A stretch of 32,000 bases of DNA from Halalkalibacterium halodurans (GTDB lineage Bacteria > Bacillota > Bacilli > Bacillales > Bacillaceae_D): assembly GCF_004376175.1 (NCBI RefSeq), contig NZ_SNUY01000003.1, positions 82,224 to 114,223 of the forward strand, given 5' to 3'. The translations under genes and the position numbers were made by a program. Shown one piece after another: positions 28,089-32,000 of this stretch (positions are counted from its first letter, which is position 1; each line of letters opens with the position of its first letter). Under the pieces are notes generated by a model. The model searched no databases. It was not told the origin of the DNA and worked only from the letters and a program-made list of their open reading frames with translations.

Positions 28089-28613
28089 ATGGCAGTACAG
28101 TGGAAGACGAAAGAAGTTTCTGAACAGCTTGGGGTTAATCCAACGACAGTGCAACGATGGGTGAAGTTTTTCGGAATCCAATGTGAGACAAATGAACACG
28201 GACATTTGCTGTTTGAAAAAGAACATCTCACCGTGTTGAAAGCCATTCAAAACCAGCTTAAGTCAGGAAAAAAGATGAGAGATGTAGTGATTGAAGAGAA
28301 TGAGCAGCTCATTCAAAAGCCTGAGACGCAACCGATGGTAGCCACGGAACAATACGAACAGCGGACGAAACAATTCATGGAAAAAATAGCGGAGCTAGAA
28401 AAGCAGCTCTCACAGAAAGCGGACGATGTCGTGAGCTATCAAATTTTAAAACACCGAGCGGAAATCGATGAAATGTTTAAAACGCTTCAATCACTTGAAT
28501 TACGAATGGCAAAAGTGGAAGAGCAGCTAGAAAAACAGCAAGAAGAATTTCCATTGGCAGCTGGCGACGTCCCGAAGCGAAAACGTTCGTTCATGCGACT
28601 CTTTAGCTTTTAA
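28089..28613 (+). CDS. racA: RacA-like chromosome-anchoring protein (MerR-type HTH + coiled coil)
   Basis: The N-terminal HTH is [45 protein letters not shown]. The central [22 protein letters not shown] and the basic C-terminal [12 protein letters not shown] resemble remembered B. subtilis RacA (ASELGVSAKTVQRWVKQL..., ...VVSYQLLQHR...). The SD is AGGAGGG. Confidence 0.6.
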
Positions 28614-28672
28614 CGTTCGATTCTTCCTAGTTCCCGCAACCTTTGCTACAATATGAGATGGGGGTGGCAGGA

Positions 28673-29068
28673 ATGAATAGGGAAGATTTGGAGCAACTTG
28701 AAAAGCTAACAAGCCAACTTCGAAAACAAAATAATGAAGCTTATCATCACTATATCCATACGGTTCGAGGGGATGAATCGTATGAGCCAGATTTTTATGG
28801 GCAAGTAAAGCCATTTGCCGATTCAGTAAAAGAAAAAAGTGATGAATGGAAGCCCCTCGCTCTTCGTTACGTGAAACAATATGAACCAGATTACGTCTAC
28901 CCTTTACAGGTGGAAAATACAGTTGAAAATCTGGAGATCATTTCGGTTCAATCGTTCTTTCCGAAGACGGGAAAAAAACGATTTGTCGAAATGATTAAAT
29001 CCATTGATTTCATACTAGAACAATTAGAAGAACAAGTTCGTGTCACGAGAAAGGGGAAGGCACATTGA
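28673..29068 (+). CDS. yppE: YppE-like protein (DUF1798 helical bundle)
   Basis: PDFYGQVKPFADSVKEKSDEWK resembles the DFY..VKPFAD motif I recall for YppE. ATG 28673 follows GGGGGTGG. The track ORF starts at 28643. Confidence 0.6.
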   Translation: MNREDLEQLEKLTSQLRKQNNEAYHHYIHTVRGDESYEPDFYGQVKPFADSVKEKSDEWKPLALRYVKQYEPDYVYPLQVENTVENLEIISVQSFFPKTGKKRFVEMIKSIDFILEQLEEQVRVTRKGKAH

Positions 29069-29916
29069 AACAGTATACTGTATCACTAGACTGGTTATCG
29101 GAGCACCTTGAGGGGGTAAAGGTCGTCGATTGTCGCTTTTCCTTACAGGATTCTGCAGATGGTTTACGCCGTTATCAGGACGGACATATACAAGGGGCGG
29201 TTTATTTTGACCTCGTGCACGATTTGTCAGGCACGGTCCAAGACCATGGTGGGAGACACCCTCTCCCAGAGGTGGATACGTTTTTAGAAAAAGTAGAGGC
29301 GGCAGGTATTGATCATGAGACGACAGTGGTTGCCTACGATGATGAGGGAGGACCATTCGCTTCACGCTTTTGGTGGCTGCTTCGCTATCTCGGCCACGAG
29401 AATGTCTATGTTTTAGATGGCTCGTTCTCCGAATGGCAAGCGGTGGGTTATCCCGTGGATCGAAATATCCCTATGTATGCAAAAACAACGATGGATGTTA
29501 AAGTGAAGCCGGAGCGCCTCGCGACCTATACGTACGTAAAACAGAACCTGTCCGACCCAGCTGTTCATCTAATTGATGCAAGAGAGCCTGCACGCTTTCT
29601 TGGAAAGGTGGAGCCGATTGATAAGAAGAAAGGCCACATACCGAACGCTAAAAATCGTTTTTGGCAGGACGGCTTGAACGGGAAGAAGCGAAAGAGCGCA
29701 AAGGAGCAGGCGGAGAGATTTGCTGATCTTCCGAAAGAGGATGAGGTCATTGTCTATTGCGGGTCAGGTGTAACAGCTTGTCCGAATGTATTAACCCTTG
29801 AGGAGCTCGGGTATAAACGTGTACGCTTATACGTCGGTAGCTGGAGCGATTGGATTTCGCACGATGAAAGTGAAATTGCTACGGGTGAGGAAGGGGAAAG
29901 AACACGTGACAAGTGA
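29065..29916 (+). CDS. sseA: two-domain rhodanese, 3-mercaptopyruvate/thiosulfate sulfurtransferase (SseA-like)
   Basis: It has tandem rhodanese domains. The catalytic loop YCGSGVTAC is the CG[ST]GVTA form typical of mercaptopyruvate sulfurtransferases. The TTG start at 29065 overlaps the yppE-like stop (TTGA) and follows AGGGGAAGG. Confidence 0.8.
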   Translation: MKQYTVSLDWLSEHLEGVKVVDCRFSLQDSADGLRRYQDGHIQGAVYFDLVHDLSGTVQDHGGRHPLPEVDTFLEKVEAAGIDHETTVVAYDDEGGPFASRFWWLLRYLGHENVYVLDGSFSEWQAVGYPVDRNIPMYAKTTMDVKVKPERLATYTYVKQNLSDPAVHLIDAREPARFLGKVEPIDKKKGHIPNAKNRFWQDGLNGKKRKSAKEQAERFADLPKEDEVIVYCGSGVTACPNVLTLEELGYKRVRLYVGSWSDWISHDESEIATGEEGERTRDK

Positions 29917-29937
29917 ACGGTCGCGTGTTCTTTTTTA
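29898..29937 (+). terminator. intrinsic terminator overlapping the sulfurtransferase stop codon
   Basis: AAGAACACG-(17 nt)-CGTGTTCTT followed by TTTT. Confidence 0.7.
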
Positions 29938-29981
29938 CTTCTTTAATATAAGGATAAGAGAGATGCAATCGCTTCTGGCAT

Positions 29982-30593
29982 TTAAGAGGTGCGGTGCTCA
30001 ATTTTGCGGTGGGGTAAGCACCAATTGTAGTGAACGGATAGCATTCGTAAGAAAACGACTAATATTATAAGAAAGCCGATCCCGATTGGTCCGGAAACGA
30101 TGTTTAGTCCGATCGCCGCACCTGCGAGCATCGCCCAGCCAATGTAAATTTCTTTTGACAAAACGAGTGGCTTTCGGCGAGCAAGCATATCGCGAACAAT
30201 TCCCCCACCAGCTCCCGTGAGAGCAGCAGCGACGATGACGGCACTTAATGGATGATCCATGCTCGTCGCAAATAGTGCACCTTGAATCGCAAACGCTGCA
30301 AGGCCGATGGCGTCAAATAGCAGTCCGAACTTTAGCCAATGGTTAATCCATAAGTTCGGCAGGAAGAAGGCAATCGTCATCACAATGAAGGCGATCGTAA
30401 ATAACGTTCCTTGCTCCCAAAGAGCAGAGACAGGGACGCCGATCAACAAGTTGCGGATTGCACCTCCGCCAAAAGCGGTGACAAATCCTAAGATGTAGAC
30501 ACCCATTAGGTCAAAATCTTCTTCCATTGCGACGATGACACCGCTTAATGCAAACGCGATCGTCCCGATGACATTTAACACGTCCCAAGCCAT
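29982..30593 (-). CDS. trimeric intracellular cation channel (TRIC) / UPF0126 family membrane protein (tandem glycine-rich transporter repeats)
   Basis: The protein is 203 aa with about 7 TM helices. The two internal repeats each carry a glycine-rich motif (AFGGGAIRNLL and GAGGGIVRDML) diagnostic of UPF0126/TRIC (YvgT/YadS-like). Confidence 0.8.
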   Translation of the reverse strand: MAWDVLNVIGTIAFALSGVIVAMEEDFDLMGVYILGFVTAFGGGAIRNLLIGVPVSALWEQGTLFTIAFIVMTIAFFLPNLWINHWLKFGLLFDAIGLAAFAIQGALFATSMDHPLSAVIVAAALTGAGGGIVRDMLARRKPLVLSKEIYIGWAMLAGAAIGLNIVSGPIGIGFLIILVVFLRMLSVHYNWCLPHRKIEHRTS

Positions 30594-30804
30594 ATGTTGT
30601 TCTCCTTTTCCGTGATTACAGCAAACACACTATACCATAGCTTCGTTGTTGAATGAAGGGGGGATATTAGGCAAGGAAACGATTACCGAGGAGCAGAGTG
30701 CTGGGCATTTACTAGCTGCCGCTATGTGTCTGAACATTTAAAGAAGATTCGGCGATTCCGAGCCATACTGGCACTTATACAAACGAAAGTTTCATACGTG
30801 TAAA

Positions 30805-30838
30805 TGTAAAAAAAGATCGACGTTGTCCGCCGATCTTT
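30805..30838 (-). terminator. intrinsic terminator after the small membrane-protein gene
   Basis: The minus strand reads AAAGATCG-(11 nt)-CGATCTTT followed by TTTTTTT. Confidence 0.75.
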
Positions 30839-30846
30839 CCGTTCGA

Positions 30847-31053
30847 TTACCCATTATCTCTAAACATGTAAAAGATCATGACAATGATTGTCACAAAGGA
30901 CAACCCCATTAAGACAGGTGTTAAAATTGTCGGTTCTGCAGCCGCTGCTTCTTCTTCTCCGTGACCGCCATCACCTGCAGCAAGCACAGTCGAAACCGGT
31001 ACGAGCAAAAATGTAAAAACAAATGCAGGAACCAAAGCTAACCATTTTGCCAT
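30847..31053 (-). CDS. hypothetical small exported/membrane protein (68 aa)
   Basis: MAKWLALVPAFVFTFLLVPVSTVLAAGDGGHGEEEAAAAEPTILTPVLMGLSFVTIIVMIFYMFRDNG has an N-terminal signal or TM segment with an A-x-A-like site. An acidic His-containing linker and a C-terminal TM helix follow. The SD is GGGGAGG. It has its own strong promoter and terminator. I recognise no family. Confidence 0.6.
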   Translation of the reverse strand: MAKWLALVPAFVFTFLLVPVSTVLAAGDGGHGEEEAAAAEPTILTPVLMGLSFVTIIVMIFYMFRDNG

Positions 31054-31130
31054 GTATCACTAACCTCCCCACGATCCGTTGCTCATTTTCTGCTAGCAAC
31101 GGGAATGGTCATTATGTACGTATCGTCTCT

Positions 31131-31159
31131 ATTATAATTTTCTAACTCGCAATAATCAA
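31131..31159 (-). promoter_or_regulatory. near-consensus sigma-A promoter of the small membrane-protein gene
   Basis: The minus strand reads TTGATT (31159-31154), exactly 17 nt, then TATAAT (31136-31131). An 8-bp hairpin CCGTTGCT/AGCAACGG (31076-31102) lies in the predicted 5' UTR just upstream of the SD. Confidence 0.6.
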
Positions 31160-31323
31160 CTCCATTCAGTTACAAGCTTGTGAAAACGCTTTTTCAAATC
31201 AGTAAAGCAGACGATCCGCTTCCAAGGGTTCGCAAATAACAGTCCGTATGTTAAGATGATGATATTGTAAGGAAACTCGAAAAAAAGATTAAGGCTGTAT
31301 AGTGATGGAAAGGATAACCGAAC

Positions 31324-32000
31324 ATGGGAAAGATTCAAATTGAAGATATCATTATTGCTAACCAGACGTTAAAAGATGTCGTTGTCCATACCCCTTTGCA
31401 AAAAAACCAAGTACTCTCTGAGCGCTATGAGTGCAACGTTTATTTAAAACGGGAGGACATGCAAGTGGTTCGCTCGTTCAAAATCCGCGGCGCGTTCCAT
31501 CAAATTTCCAGCATTTCGAAAGAGGAATTAAACAACGGGGTCGTCTGTGCCAGTGCAGGAAATCACGCACAAGGTGTTGCGTATTCCTGTCACACGTTGC
31601 AAATTCCGGGGAAAATTTTTATGCCGACGACGACGCCACGGCAAAAAGTAGACCAAGTCAAATTCTTCGGTAAGGAATATGTGGAGGTCATATTAACAGG
31701 GGATACGTTCGATGACTCTTTTAACGAAGCGAAAGAGTACGGAATAAAGCATAAAATGACCTTTATCCATCCATTCGATCAAGAAAAGATTGTTGCAGGT
31801 CAAGGAACCGTTGGGATGGAAATCATGAACGATATTGACGACAACATTGATTACTTGTTCTGTTCGATTGGTGGAGGCGGCCTTATTAGTGGTGTTGGAA
31901 CATACATTAAAAGCATTAGCCCGCGGACGAAAGTGATCGGATGTGAACCGGCCGGAGCGCCAGCCATGAAGGAATCACTTAAGCAAGGGAAGGTTATCGA
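31324..32000 (+). CDS. ilvA: threonine ammonia-lyase (biosynthetic threonine dehydratase), 5' part; continues beyond the window
   Basis: It is absent from the track because it is open-ended. The translation is MGKIQIEDIIIANQTLKDVVVHTPLQKNQVLSERYECNVYLKREDMQVVRSFKIRGAFHQ...GVVCASAGNHAQGVAYSC...IFMPTTTPRQKV...LTGDTFDDS...FIHPFD...GQGTVGMEI...GGGGLISGVGTY. It is collinear with B. subtilis IlvA and includes the PLP lysine (SFKIRGA) and the Gly loop. Confidence 0.9.
   Translation, partial: MGKIQIEDIIIANQTLKDVVVHTPLQKNQVLSERYECNVYLKREDMQVVRSFKIRGAFHQISSISKEELNNGVVCASAGNHAQGVAYSCHTLQIPGKIFMPTTTPRQKVDQVKFFGKEYVEVILTGDTFDDSFNEAKEYGIKHKMTFIHPFDQEKIVAGQGTVGMEIMNDIDDNIDYLFCSIGGGGLISGVGTYIKSISPRTKVIGCEPAGAPAMKESLKQGKVI

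Noticed and set aside
27762-28250. 162-aa minus-strand ORF spanning the sspM-racA intergenic region
   Set aside because: Only the last 38 codons have an SD and protein-like composition (SspM-like). The rest crosses a promoter region and overlaps the well-supported racA-like gene on the other strand.
30594-30805. Glycine riboswitch upstream of the UPF0126/TRIC gene
   Set aside because: I read the minus strand for the conserved glycine-aptamer cores and found no match. I kept the region only as a low-interest unexplained spacer.
31125-31145. CodY-box-like AATTTTCT in front of ilvA
   Set aside because: Only the first half of the 15-nt AATTTTCWGAAAATT motif matches. The same bases are better explained as the -10 region of the divergent small-gene promoter.

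Overview
This window is mostly a co-directional, conserved Bacillaceae core-genome block of about 45% GC. No rRNA, tRNA, CRISPR array, prophage or recognisable defence island is present. From memory, the gene order matches the Bacillus subtilis 168 ypjD-dapB-mgsA-bshB1-bshA-cca-birA-panBCD-dinG-ypmA-ypmB-aspB-asnS-dnaD-nth-ypoC block. That block is followed by convergent ponA-recU, then yppC and sspM, a racA-like/yppE-like/sulfurtransferase cluster, a TRIC-type channel gene, a small membrane-protein gene and the 5' part of ilvA.

Five things depart from that backbone:
- A DDE transposase gene runs off the left edge of the window.
- A TPR protein gene sits between panD and dinG.
- An MtaD-type deaminase gene and a 370-nt gap sit between dinG and ypmA. 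The gap holds a small antisense ORF.
- A 1.2-kaa two-headed dynamin (DynA-type) lies between ypoC and ponA.
- A racA-like gene lies in the ypp region.

The most interesting non-coding signal is the birA-panB spacer. It has a sigma-A-like promoter, two tandem hairpins of identical architecture (each with two bulged adenosines) and a strong intrinsic terminator about 35 nt before panB. This fits the published description of the orphan pan RNA motif, whose ligand is unknown.

I did not find a convincing wholly new multi-gene system. The findings below are modest and scored accordingly. Most start codons were refined from the ORF track using Shine-Dalgarno spacing and remembered B. subtilis N-termini.
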